Numbered from the stretch's first letter, positions 36,547-46,581 are shown. The stretch: DNA of 64,000 nt from Ferroacidibacillus organovorans (GCF_001642725.1 NZ_LSUQ01000003.1:62001-126000); one strand, 5' to 3'. Program-made: numbers and translations. Notes: generated by a model from the sequence alone, not told the origin.

Positions 36547-39011
36547 TGCAAACGGATCGGGCACTGCCACTGCATGCGTTGGCAGAAGAAGAGGGCGTCA
36601 CGGATCTTGATCGAGGGATGAGTATGGGGGGCATCATCGAGGAGTGCCCTGACGTGCTCGTTTCACTTGACTGTGTGACCGTGCAGTATGAGGGGGCTGA
36701 TCGCCCCGCATTGAACGATGTGTCGCTGACGATCAAAAAGGGCGAGGCTGTCTTATTGCTTGGACCCAGTGGATGTGGAAAAAGCACAGTTGCGCGCCTC
36801 CTGTCGGGACTGATTCCCCGGGCGATGGAGGCGAGTGTCCAGGGACGTGTCACGCGCGCGCCTGAACTCGCGCGAATGGGTGCGATCGGGTACGTCTTTC
36901 AGGATCCTGACGCCCAGTTTTGCATGATTGAACAGGATGATGAGATCGCGTTTGGACTGGAGAATCAGAGAATTTCTCAAGCGGATATGCTTGCGCGCAT
37001 TCAGGAACAGCTTCAGAGAATGGGCCTCCCTGATCTTCCGCATGTAAAACATGATCGATACTCTGGCGGAATGAAACAGAAACTTGCGTTGGCGAGCGCC
37101 TTGGCGATGCAACCAGAGTGGCTTATTTGTGATGAACCGACGGCGAATCTCGACCCACAGGCCACTGGAATGGTTTTTGACGAGTTGATGCGCGTTCGTG
37201 AGCGTGGACAGAGCTTGCTTTTAATTGAACATAAATTTGATCGCATTCTCCCCGCGATGGATCGCGTTATTCTCTTTGACCAAGTCGGTCGCATTCTTCA
37301 TCAAGGAACGCCTGGCGAGATGATGGAAAACTGGTGGGAGGAGATGCTTCGAATTGGCGTGATTGCGCCTTGGAAGGCGCGACCGTTTCAATGCAACGAA
37401 GTACGGCTTGGTCAGAAAGTGGTCTTGGAAGAACCAAAAATGGCGGAGCTTAAGAGCCAGGGTGACGCGTTCGCACTGAAAAACGTCGAGGTGACGTACC
37501 GCAAGACGCCTGTTTTGCGTGTCGACTCGCTGCACATCAAGGCGGGCAGTTTCACTGCGATTGTCGGCCCGAACGGGGCGGGCAAGACGACACTGCTTCA
37601 GGCGATGGCAGGCCTGATTTCGCATCGAGGTGGGCATTTGGCGCGCTTTGGGGCACACTCGCATAAGGCGGAGCATGACGCGCGCTTGGCGTATAGTTTC
37701 CAAAATCCAGAGTATCAGTTCGTGTATGGTCGCGTCGTGGATGAGTTAGGCAATCGCGTTCAGGCAGACGAGACTGATCCTAAACTTCACGAGTTGTTGA
37801 CGCGTTTCGGGCTCGATGGGTATGAGGATGCCAATCCTTTTGAGCTGAGTCAGGGTCAAAAGAGGCGTTTGAGCGTCGCTTCTATGCTCAGAGAACCGCG
37901 CGCCGCCTACCTGCTTGATGAGCCGACGTTTGGACAGGATGCAAAGACGCAGCAGGTACTCTTAGAACAGCTGGAGACGCTCCATCGCGATGGACGAACC
38001 ATTGTCCTGACGACGCACGATATGGACCTCGTCAGACAATACGCGACACAGGTGGTCGTTGTCATCGCTGGTGAAGTGGTCGCATCATGCGCGCCAGAGC
38101 GTTTGTTCGCAGATGAAGAACTGATGAAGCGGGCGCATCTGCTCGATGACCAGGCGGATAGCCGCTTGCTTTTGGAGGTATGGAATGGGCGCTCACGGGG
38201 CGAGCGTGCAGATTGGGCGACCGCAAAGAACACTGTGGCGACGCCGTGGGTTGAGCGCCCGCGCAGTGCGCCCGCGCGCTCGCTCAATCCGACGATGCAA
38301 CTGGTTATGGTACTCATGGTCATGATCATCGGAGTTTTTGCGAACAATCTTCACCAAGCGATTGCTCTCTTTCTTCTCCCGGTCGCGCTGATGCTACTTG
38401 TCGCGCGTCTGACACCGTGGCAGATTCTCAAGCGACTGTCCCCATTTCTCGGCTTTTATCTGCTCTACGTCTGGACGCCGACCGCCTACGGCCCTGTCGC
38501 GCCGCATGAGCCGACGATTCACTTTCTATGGATGCATCCGACGGTTGCGGGCTTTAAAAATGGCTTGGTGCTCGCGTTTCGCATGCTCTCCGCCGTGTGC
38601 TTTGGCGTGCTGTTTGCATCGGAGGTTGACGTCACCGACTTGATCATCAGCCTCTGCCAGAACGTCCGCGTCTCGCCGCGCTTTGCTTACGGAACACTCG
38701 CCGGCATTCGCGTGATTCCGTTGTTTCAAACAGAGTGGGTAAAGCTTCGCCAGGCGCGGGCGCTGCGCGGAAAAGAGGGCCGTATTGCAGTGCTGCGCCC
38801 GATTCACTATGCGTTGCCGCTGCTCACGCAAGCGATTCGCATGAGTGAGCGCGTCGCCATCGCGATGGAGGCGCGCGGGTTTTATGGCGAGGTGGCGATG
38901 AAAGCGACGGCGCGTAGCTATTATCGGATCATTCCGTTTCGCGCGCGCGATGTGCTCTATCCGCTCGCCATCGCGCTGCTTGCGGTTAGTCTGATTGTCA
39001 TCTTTCAATGA
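36546..39011 (+). CDS. ECF transporter fused tandem ATPase plus T component (YkoD-YkoC fusion); start uncertain
   Basis: GPSGCGKS and GPNGAGKT, FQDPD/FQNPE, LSQGQKRRL, then TM region with QARALRG and AMEARGF. Confidence 0.88.
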   Translation: MQTDRALPLHALAEEEGVTDLDRGMSMGGIIEECPDVLVSLDCVTVQYEGADRPALNDVSLTIKKGEAVLLLGPSGCGKSTVARLLSGLIPRAMEASVQGRVTRAPELARMGAIGYVFQDPDAQFCMIEQDDEIAFGLENQRISQADMLARIQEQLQRMGLPDLPHVKHDRYSGGMKQKLALASALAMQPEWLICDEPTANLDPQATGMVFDELMRVRERGQSLLLIEHKFDRILPAMDRVILFDQVGRILHQGTPGEMMENWWEEMLRIGVIAPWKARPFQCNEVRLGQKVVLEEPKMAELKSQGDAFALKNVEVTYRKTPVLRVDSLHIKAGSFTAIVGPNGAGKTTLLQAMAGLISHRGGHLARFGAHSHKAEHDARLAYSFQNPEYQFVYGRVVDELGNRVQADETDPKLHELLTRFGLDGYEDANPFELSQGQKRRLSVASMLREPRAAYLLDEPTFGQDAKTQQVLLEQLETLHRDGRTIVLTTHDMDLVRQYATQVVVVIAGEVVASCAPERLFADEELMKRAHLLDDQADSRLLLEVWNGRSRGERADWATAKNTVATPWVERPRSAPARSLNPTMQLVMVLMVMIIGVFANNLHQAIALFLLPVALMLLVARLTPWQILKRLSPFLGFYLLYVWTPTAYGPVAPHEPTIHFLWMHPTVAGFKNGLVLAFRMLSAVCFGVLFASEVDVTDLIISLCQNVRVSPRFAYGTLAGIRVIPLFQTEWVKLRQARALRGKEGRIAVLRPIHYALPLLTQAIRMSERVAIAMEARGFYGEVAMKATARSYYRIIPFRARDVLYPLAIALLAVSLIVIFQ

Positions 39012-39039
39012 TGGGTGAGGAGAGAGGGGATCTGTTGAC

Positions 39040-39684
39040 GTGAAACAGCGCTACTACGACCTATCGATGCCGCTTTGTGAAAAAACGGCGCCATTTCCTT
39101 CGGATACGCCGTTTTCACGCGTCGAGACGATGCGTATGACGGACGGTGATGTCTGCAATGTGACGGCGATCACGATGAGCGTTCACGTTGGCACGCATGT
39201 CGATGCGCCTTATCACTATGATGAGCAAGGAATGCGCATCGATGAGGTGGCGCTTGATCGCTATATGGGGAAGGCGCACGTGTTTACCGTGATGTCACGC
39301 GGGGGCGACGGGGTTCACGTCATCTCGGCGAATGACGTGCAGCGACTGGACATCAGCGCAGAGCGCGTGCTCCTGCGAACGCTGACATACCCAGAGTATG
39401 ATGCGTTTCACGCAAACTTTGCGTCGATTGCGCCTGACGCGATCGACGTTTTGGCAGAGCGCGGCGTGCGTTTGATCGGGGTGGATACTCCATCGGTCGA
39501 TGAGGCGACAAGCAAAACGCTCCCCGCGCATGCGCGCTGTCGGGAGCGTGGAATCCTTATTCTTGAAAATCTGAGATTAGAGCACGTGCCAGACGGCATC
39601 TATGAATTGATCGCATTGCCGCTGCGCATCATCGGAGGCGACGCTTCACCTGTGCGCGCCATATTGCGTGAGTGTTCCGAGTGA
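39040..39684 (+). CDS. Cyclase-family metallo-amidohydrolase (kynurenine formamidase KynB-like)
   Basis: HVGTHVDAPYH, GVDTPSVD, ILENL, GDASPVRA. Confidence 0.85.
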   Translation: MKQRYYDLSMPLCEKTAPFPSDTPFSRVETMRMTDGDVCNVTAITMSVHVGTHVDAPYHYDEQGMRIDEVALDRYMGKAHVFTVMSRGGDGVHVISANDVQRLDISAERVLLRTLTYPEYDAFHANFASIAPDAIDVLAERGVRLIGVDTPSVDEATSKTLPAHARCRERGILILENLRLEHVPDGIYELIALPLRIIGGDASPVRAILRECSE

Positions 39685-39704
39685 CATCGCATTTTTTGCG
39701 GTGA

Positions 39705-40190
39705 TTACGGGTGAATGCGGCCGAGACCGACGGCGTTTACGCCGACACCGTGATCGTAGACAAGGGCGCCACCCAAATGACCCACATAGGTGAGTAGGGC
39801 AAGTCCTATCAGAGAGAGAATCAGGGACGGACCAAAGACGCGCCCGCTCTTTTTGTAACGCGTCATCAAGCGTACGACCCACGCGGCGAGAAAGACAATT
39901 CCCGTCAATTCACCAAACGAAGCATGCGTATGAATCAGTGCGACAGCTTGCGGTGTCAATTTGTCAGCATTCTCGCTGAGAACTCCGGCGAAACCGGCGG
40001 CGATCGTTGCGAGCACGCCGAGGCCGAGCATAATGAAGCCCGCGCGTTCGTAGAATTCGCTCTTCCAGAAGAATCCGATCAGATCGGCGAGCACGGCGAG
40101 ATACAAAATGGCGATTGTAAAGTGCACGACCATCGGGTGAATGGTGGTCGGGATGAACATGTAAAGAATGTGGTACACAGACGCGAGCAT
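39705..40190 (-). CDS. DUF2231-like 4-TM membrane protein
   Basis: IHPMVVHFTIA, HTHASFG, GHLGGALVYDHGVG. Confidence 0.7.
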   Translation of the reverse strand: MLASVYHILYMFIPTTIHPMVVHFTIAILYLAVLADLIGFFWKSEFYERAGFIMLGLGVLATIAAGFAGVLSENADKLTPQAVALIHTHASFGELTGIVFLAAWVVRLMTRYKKSGRVFGPSLILSLIGLALLTYVGHLGGALVYDHGVGVNAVGLGRIHP

Positions 40191-40337
40191 GGTGAACCCC
40201 CAAGATGATTTTGGTTAAACGTCTCTTTGAGAGATTGGAAGAACCAAAATCCATCCTATCACGAAAACCTGACAGATGACTGGACATGTTACAATTTTTT
40301 TCTTGCGGGCAATCGGGTGGCGTGGGATAATACGGCG

Positions 40338-40395
40338 TAGGCAGGGGTAGCCCTGTCAGATGTAGAGGAGATGAGCTGAGATGAGCAGAGCACAG
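40338..40395 (+). promoter_or_regulatory. Putative TRAP (MtrB) binding site overlapping the trpEG SD and start codon
   Basis: (G/T)AG triplets with 5-nt period at 40363, 40368, 40373, 40378, 40383, 40388, CAG at 40393, and in-phase TAG at 40338 and 40348. Confidence 0.75.
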
Positions 40396-42564
40396 CCTGC
40401 ACTTTTTTCTTATGCCACAAAAGGTGGCACCACCGTTTTTCGAACGGTTCGAAACGTCCCGGTTATAGGGGCGCTTGATCCCATACTCGCCGCACTGGAC
40501 ACGAGGCGCGGCGCACTTTTCTCGAGCAGCTACGAGTATCCCGGTCGCTATACGCGGTGGGAATTCGGATTTGTCGACCCTCCTCTCCTTCTTGAATCTA
40601 AAGAGCGAACGTGCACACTCCGTGCGCTTAATGAGCGCGGAATCCGCATGTTGCCACTTCTAGCAGAAATTTTACATGGACTTGAAGCTGTGTCAGACCT
40701 TGCGCATGACACACGCGAGTTGGTCGCCACGATCGCAAACCCTGCGCGTTTTTTTCCGGAAGAGGAGCGCAGCCAACAACCTTCTGTATTTTCTGTGATC
40801 CGCGCGATACAGGATGCTTTCTTTTCTCCTGAAGATGAACACCTCGGCTTTTATGGCGCATTTGGTTACGATTTGGTTTTTCAATTTGAAGAAATCGAAA
40901 AACACCAAACGCGCGAATCAGCGCAGTCTGATCTGATTCTCTATCTACCGGATCACCTTGTGGTCGTCGATCACCGTTTGGATCACGCGATGGAGATCAA
41001 GTATGATTTTCTAAACGGTGACGTCGATACGCGGGGAATCATCGGTGACGAAACCCCGTCTCAACGAAAGCGTGCGCGCGTGCGCGAGGTTCTTCAGGGA
41101 AGTGACCATGCTGCTGGTCAATACGCGGCGCAAGTCAGGCGCGCGACGGAGTATTTTCGACGCGGCGATCTGTTTGAGGTCGTCCCTGGCCAAACGTTGT
41201 CGGAGCCGTGTGATGTGTCACCAGCGGAACTTTTCACACGTCTCAAACAAAAAAATCCCAGCCCTTATGGCTTTCTTATCAATCTTGGCCGTGAGCATTT
41301 GATCGGCGCGTCTCCGGAGATGTACGTGCGAGTTGAAGGGCGACGCGTTGAAACCTGCCCGATCTCAGGAACCATCAAACGTGGGCGTAACCCGCTTGAA
41401 GATGCGGATAACATTCGTGAATTGCTCAACTCGCAAAAGGATGAGTCGGAGCTCACCATGTGCACGGATGTGGATCGCAACGACAAATCGCGCATCTGTG
41501 AACCCGGCAGCGTGCGCGTGATCGGTCGCCGTCAGATTGAAATGTACTCGCGTGTGATTCACACCGTCGATCACGTCGAGGGAATGCTGCGCGACGGATA
41601 CGATGCGATCGACGCGTTTCTCACGCATATGTGGGCGGTGACCGTTACGGGTGCACCGAAGCGTGCGGCGATTCAATTTCTTGAAGAATTCGAGTTGTCA
41701 CCGCGGCGCTGGTACGGTGGGGCGGTCGGTAAACTCGGGTTTAACGGCGATATGAATACGGGACTCACACTTCGCACGATACGTCTCGAAAACGGGGTTG
41801 CCGAGGTGCGCGTCGGCGCTACGCTGCTCGCTGACTCGGATCCGGAGGAAGAAGAACGCGAGACGCGGACGAAAGCGTCGGCACTTCTAGACGCAATTCG
41901 CGATCAAAAGGCTCTGCCAATCACGTCGGCGCGATATTCAAACGTCGGCGCAGGACTCAACGTCCTTTTGGTTGACCATCAAGATTCGTTTGTGCATACG
42001 CTCGCCAACTACATTCGCCAAACGGGCGCGAACGTGGTGACGCTGCGGGCGGGTTTTGCTGAAGCGATGTTGGATGAGATTGCGCCAGACCTCGTTGTAC
42101 TCTCACCGGGGCCAGGGGCGCCCTCTGATTTTCATTTGAGCGACACGCTGTCTGCGGTGTGTAAACGTCAATTGCCTGTGTTTGGAGTGTGTCTTGGCCT
42201 GCAAGGTATCGTCGAATACTTTGGTGGAACACTCGATGTGCTTGAGGAGCCGATGCACGGGAAGCCGTCGCAGATTCAGGTCATCGCGCCGGATGCGCTG
42301 TACGACGGACTGCCCGACGCATTTCAGGTCGGGCGCTATCACTCGCTCTATGCGCGCGATGATTCGCTGCCGAGCAGTTTGGTTGTTACTGCGCGTTCGG
42401 AAGATGGCGTGATCATGAGTGTGAGTCACCGCGACTTGCCAATTGTCGCGGTGCAGTACCATCCGGAGTCAATTTTGACGATGGCGGATGATCACGGTTT
42501 GCGCTTGATTGAGAATGCGGTGTATGCGCTCAAGCGGGCGGTTGAACCTGCACTAAAATCGTAA
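40381..42564 (+). CDS. trpE: Fused anthranilate synthase component I/II (TrpEG)
   Basis: SSSYEYPGRY, GDLFEVV, NPSPY, GASPEM, TGAPK then GATase DHQDSFVHTL, LSPGPG, GVCLG, QYHPES. Confidence 0.9.
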   Translation: MSRAQPALFSYATKGGTTVFRTVRNVPVIGALDPILAALDTRRGALFSSSYEYPGRYTRWEFGFVDPPLLLESKERTCTLRALNERGIRMLPLLAEILHGLEAVSDLAHDTRELVATIANPARFFPEEERSQQPSVFSVIRAIQDAFFSPEDEHLGFYGAFGYDLVFQFEEIEKHQTRESAQSDLILYLPDHLVVVDHRLDHAMEIKYDFLNGDVDTRGIIGDETPSQRKRARVREVLQGSDHAAGQYAAQVRRATEYFRRGDLFEVVPGQTLSEPCDVSPAELFTRLKQKNPSPYGFLINLGREHLIGASPEMYVRVEGRRVETCPISGTIKRGRNPLEDADNIRELLNSQKDESELTMCTDVDRNDKSRICEPGSVRVIGRRQIEMYSRVIHTVDHVEGMLRDGYDAIDAFLTHMWAVTVTGAPKRAAIQFLEEFELSPRRWYGGAVGKLGFNGDMNTGLTLRTIRLENGVAEVRVGATLLADSDPEEEERETRTKASALLDAIRDQKALPITSARYSNVGAGLNVLLVDHQDSFVHTLANYIRQTGANVVTLRAGFAEAMLDEIAPDLVVLSPGPGAPSDFHLSDTLSAVCKRQLPVFGVCLGLQGIVEYFGGTLDVLEEPMHGKPSQIQVIAPDALYDGLPDAFQVGRYHSLYARDDSLPSSLVVTARSEDGVIMSVSHRDLPIVAVQYHPESILTMADDHGLRLIENAVYALKRAVEPALKS

Positions 42565-42578
42565 GGATTGATTTTGAC

Positions 42579-42616
42579 CATGGGCCTGCGTTCTCACACG
42601 AGAACGCGGGCCCATG
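42579..42616. terminator. Inverted repeat between convergent trpEG and niaP
   Basis: CATGGGCCTGCGTTCTC-acac-GAGAACGCGGGCCCATG. Confidence 0.65.
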
Positions 42617-42628
42617 CATGTCAACCGA

Positions 42629-43819
42629 TCAGGTACGCACGGGACGAACGTCGCGGCCGAGGGTGAGGACGACGAGAAGTCCGATGAACGTGATCACAAA
42701 AAAGATGGAGAAGACAACGCTAAAGCTGGTTTGACTGGCGATCAACGCGCCGACGAGAAACGGTGCGAGAAAACCCCCGATTTTTCCAAACCCCATCGCA
42801 AATCCGAGACCTGTACCGCGAACGTCCTCGTCATACTGTTCAGCGGAAAAAATGTAGGTTGCGCCCCACGCGCCGAGGTTGCTGAAATTGAGGAGCAGGC
42901 CAAAGATCAGAAGTTGCGAGGTGCCTGTCGCCAAACCGAACAGAAGTGCAGATACTGCGCTCACGAGTGAAAAAAGGATCAGCGTCCACTTGCGACCGAT
43001 GCGCTCGACGAGCCACGCTGCGCTCAGATAGCCGGGTAACTGCGCCAAAGCCATGATGAGAACATAGCCGAAACTGTGAATCAGGGAGAACCCTTTTAAT
43101 GTTAGGACGCTTGGCAGCCAGATGAACATGCCGTAATACGCGAAGTTTGCGGTGAACCAAATCACCCACAGCACGATCGTGCGCGAGCGAAGCGGACGCG
43201 AGTAGAGCCGACCCAGGTTCGCCGTCAGGCTTACGGGCGCCTTTCGCGACTGAAAGTGGGGCGTCTCAGGAAGCGCCCTGCGCAAGTAGAGCGTGTAGAG
43301 TGCGGGCAAGACGGTGATGGCGAATGCGGCGCGAAAGCCAAAGGTTGGAATGATCAAAAAGCCGATCAATGCGGCGACGACTGCGCCGACGGCCCAGAAG
43401 GATTCGAGATAGACAGTGCGCTTTCCGCGCTCTTCTGGCGGCGATGATTCTAAAACGTACGCTGTTGCGACAGGCAATTCGCCGCCGAGGCCGAGACCGG
43501 TAAAAAATCGCAGGACGAGCAATATGCCGATGCCCCCGGCAAGCGCGCTGAGTCCGCTTGCCATCGAGTACAACACGATGGTGATGAGAAACGCGCGCTT
43601 CCTCCCAATGCGATCGGAGAGAAGTCCAACGACCGCCGAGCCGATGGCCATGCCGATCAGGGTGATGCTGCTGAGCCAACCGGCCTCGATCGGCTGGATG
43701 TGCCATGTGACAAAGAGTGCGGCGATGATGAATCCCAAAAGGCCAACGTCCATGGAGTCAAACAGCATTCCGATGCCGCTTGCAAATAACAGACGTCGTG
43801 CCGACGGCGCCGCCTTCAT
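42629..43819 (-). CDS. niaP: MFS transporter, NiaP/YceI (niacin) family
   Basis: FDSMDVG, GLGGELPVA, LESFWAVG, YYGMFIWLPS, LAQLPGY, NLGAWG as in B. subtilis NiaP; ATG 43819 after GGGAGG. Confidence 0.75.
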   Translation of the reverse strand: MKAAPSARRLLFASGIGMLFDSMDVGLLGFIIAALFVTWHIQPIEAGWLSSITLIGMAIGSAVVGLLSDRIGRKRAFLITIVLYSMASGLSALAGGIGILLVLRFFTGLGLGGELPVATAYVLESSPPEERGKRTVYLESFWAVGAVVAALIGFLIIPTFGFRAAFAITVLPALYTLYLRRALPETPHFQSRKAPVSLTANLGRLYSRPLRSRTIVLWVIWFTANFAYYGMFIWLPSVLTLKGFSLIHSFGYVLIMALAQLPGYLSAAWLVERIGRKWTLILFSLVSAVSALLFGLATGTSQLLIFGLLLNFSNLGAWGATYIFSAEQYDEDVRGTGLGFAMGFGKIGGFLAPFLVGALIASQTSFSVVFSIFFVITFIGLLVVLTLGRDVRPVRT

Positions 43820-44017
43820 GAAGGTACCTCCCCATCCATTCAATTCGCCTAGTTTGCGGGCTCCTATCCCATATGCGCGTAAGCTTCTGTTGGTGACACG
43901 AAGTGCGGCAATCACGCAGTGTTTGAACCAAGGCTGCATGGATTGCATAGGCTGAGTGTAACCGTGCCGGGTTTCGCCTGGCATTGAACATAGGGAAGAG
44001 GACATGCGGGAGGGATT

Positions 44018-44698
44018 GTGATGCAACTGGACGCCGAAGAGGTGCGCGGGCAGATCGATGATCTGGCTGGTCAGATTCAACGCGCATTTGCATCCGAACA
44101 GACCGTTTCGGGAGCTTCCCTCATCCAAGAGTTAGAGGGATTGCGCAAGGCGATGGAGACAGCAACGCCTGATGTAATCGGCGCCTATTACGGTTTTTTG
44201 CGCGTCAACGAATCGTTTGAGCAGATCATTGCGCGAAATGCGTGGGCGCATAAGCGCTTTTGGCCGATTTATCTGATTGAAATGTCGCTTTTGATCATCT
44301 TGCTCGGCGGTGGCGCGACGCTTGACGTTTGGTCAACGCATAACGCTTGGCTGTCGTCTCTTCTCGCGCACCCCGCCATCACATGCGCGTGGTGGGGTGC
44401 GGTCGGGGCGACCATCGCGGCGCTTCATCTGCTCTACTACAATCGGATTCACGGCACGCTTTCGCAAACCATAGACGCGTGGATTGCGACGAAGCAGATT
44501 GCAGGTGGGGTGCTCGGCGTCGTTGCGTCGATGCTGCTGCAGGTTACGGCACTTACCACAACGGGGAGTCACGCAGTATCTTCTGGCATGCTCCCGGCGC
44601 TCACTGCGTTTCTCGCCGGATTTAGCGAAAGGAAATTTCTCACATATCTTCAAACGAAGTTGGGGAATCTGTTGCCGATGGCAAAAGGTTCACTGTGA
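44018..44698 (+). CDS. Hypothetical membrane protein (helical N-terminus plus 4 TM)
   Basis: GGGAGGG RBS; TM block ending AFLAGFSER. Confidence 0.65.
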   Translation: MMQLDAEEVRGQIDDLAGQIQRAFASEQTVSGASLIQELEGLRKAMETATPDVIGAYYGFLRVNESFEQIIARNAWAHKRFWPIYLIEMSLLIILLGGGATLDVWSTHNAWLSSLLAHPAITCAWWGAVGATIAALHLLYYNRIHGTLSQTIDAWIATKQIAGGVLGVVASMLLQVTALTTTGSHAVSSGMLPALTAFLAGFSERKFLTYLQTKLGNLLPMAKGSL

Positions 44699-44752
44699 GG
44701 CGATGGGTGTGAGTAATCAGGACGTGCAGGTCACGCGTGGCGAGGGAACTCC

Positions 44753-45964
44753 GTGAGGGGAGCGGACGACAAGCAACTCGAGTTTGCGGCAATCCTTCGT
44801 CTATTGCGCATGGCCACATCCGTTCCATCGACCGTGTGGATCGATCTGCGCAAGCGCTATCGCTTGAAACACCCACGGATACCAGGGCATAAGGCGCTCG
44901 TGGAGGAGATCGCTTTGTTTCGCGAAACTCTGCAGGCGCGACTCGCGGGCGATGATCGGGCGTCCGCAACGCAACAGGCGATCTCAGCGGAAGATGAAGA
45001 TCTTCTTCGCCTGATTCGCGAGGAAACGCGTCAAATGACCAGAAACAATCTCACGCGTACGGACGCCTATTATGCGATCTTTAAAGCGTGTCGCGAATTG
45101 CACTGGGCGCTTCTGGCGCATCTCGTTTCGCGCAATGGCGGGTATAACATGACGGATCTTCATCGACGTGCGGTGAAGGCAATCACATCCGAGGCGGACC
45201 GCGTGGCGTTTTTTTCTTTTCTGGAGCGTTGTAACGATGTCATCTTTCGCGACGCTTATCCGCAACTGCGACTCTATCAACTGGGTGTGCAGCGAAATCG
45301 ATCGTACCTTCATCTGTTGCCACACTTTCAAATCTCCATGTTTATGCAAGTGGCGTGGAAACTCTTTCAAAAAAATATGGACGAACGCCTGTTGACTGTT
45401 GCGCTGATCATCAATGAACAAAGGCGGATTGAGGCGGCGATTGTCGATCATGAAGCGGTGATCCGGCGCGTCTTCGCATCCCCCGCGTTTAGTGCGCAGT
45501 CACTCATGCACATTTCAGCCGTTCTTTTTGCCGCGCGTGACATTCGCTTGCGGCAGTGCGGATTGTATGGCAACTATGTGCGGGATTTTACGTCTGTTAC
45601 GGAACGCATCGAGGCGGGGAAGAGTTTATACGCGCTGCTTTTTGCCAATCAGAATCAGCCGCGCGATGAATTTTTGCGCGCCGTAGAGTCGGTTCCACAC
45701 ACGGCGTCTCGTGAAGACATCCTGCCACAGATTTTTACACATGAAGCGACGAGTCGGGGGCTGATTTATAGTCCCCGACTCGTCGATGTTTGGCCTGACG
45801 TTTTAGCGTGGCCGATCACGGTGGGGGAGTGGTGCGTTGATCTCACCGCGCTTGACGATTTGCTTCCTGCGCCGACTTTAAAAATGCGGGATTTCTCGAA
45901 ACGGTATACACGCCAACTGCGTCGATTAGAGCGTATGGCGACTACCCTCGGGTCGCCCCCTTGA
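44753..45964 (+). CDS. DUF2515-family protein
   Basis: NNLTRTDAY, ELHWALLAHLVSRNGGYNMTDL, FRDAYPQL, ALIINEQ. Confidence 0.75.
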   Translation: MRGADDKQLEFAAILRLLRMATSVPSTVWIDLRKRYRLKHPRIPGHKALVEEIALFRETLQARLAGDDRASATQQAISAEDEDLLRLIREETRQMTRNNLTRTDAYYAIFKACRELHWALLAHLVSRNGGYNMTDLHRRAVKAITSEADRVAFFSFLERCNDVIFRDAYPQLRLYQLGVQRNRSYLHLLPHFQISMFMQVAWKLFQKNMDERLLTVALIINEQRRIEAAIVDHEAVIRRVFASPAFSAQSLMHISAVLFAARDIRLRQCGLYGNYVRDFTSVTERIEAGKSLYALLFANQNQPRDEFLRAVESVPHTASREDILPQIFTHEATSRGLIYSPRLVDVWPDVLAWPITVGEWCVDLTALDDLLPAPTLKMRDFSKRYTRQLRRLERMATTLGSPP

Positions 45965-45975
45965 GCTACAGAAGA

Positions 45976-46581
45976 TTACGAGGTGATCGAAACGGCAAAC
46001 GGTGCGCTGATTTCATAGGTGGTAATCGCATCTTCGTGTTTCATGGTCAGTCCGATATCATCGAGCCCTTCCATCATGAGATGCTTTCGATACGGGTCAA
46101 TCGAAAAATTGTGCGTCTCGCCGCTTTGGAGCGACACGCGTTGCCCTGCAAGATCGATCGTCAGTTCAAGCGGTGCTTCACTCGCTTGGGCGAGGATCGA
46201 AGAAACGGCATCCTCTGGAAGAACGATCGGGAGCACGCCATTTTTGAAACAGTTGTTGTAGAAAATATCGGCAAATGACGGTGCAATCACGACTCGAAAA
46301 CCAAAATCGAGAAGCGCCCAAGGCGCGTGTTCACGCGATGAACCGCAGCCGAAATTGGGGCCAGCAACGAGAACGGTGGCGTAGCAGTGCGGTTCTTGAT
46401 TTAAGATGAAATCCGGATTGGGTTTCTCACGCTCGTCAAAACGCCAGTCATAAAAGAGGTACTGACCAAACCCCGTTCGCTCAATTCGCTTTAAAAATTG
46501 TTTTGGGATGATCGCGTCTGTGTCAATGTTTGCGCGCGGCATGGGCGCGACAAGTCCGTGGTGTTTTAAAAAGGCATCCAC
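45976..46581 (-). CDS. leuD: 3-isopropylmalate dehydratase small subunit
   Basis: NIDTDAIIPKQFL, NFGCGSSREHAPWAL, GLDDI. Confidence 0.95.
   Translation of the reverse strand: MDAFLKHHGLVAPMPRANIDTDAIIPKQFLKRIERTGFGQYLFYDWRFDEREKPNPDFILNQEPHCYATVLVAGPNFGCGSSREHAPWALLDFGFRVVIAPSFADIFYNNCFKNGVLPIVLPEDAVSSILAQASEAPLELTIDLAGQRVSLQSGETHNFSIDPYRKHLMMEGLDDIGLTMKHEDAITTYEISAPFAVSITS

Noticed and set aside
43820..44128. N-terminal extensions in the ORF track (niaP here; likewise 34232, 35863, 53017, 61587)
   Set aside because: Better starts with an RBS and family-typical N-termini lie downstream; the extensions overlap other genes or regulatory RNA.
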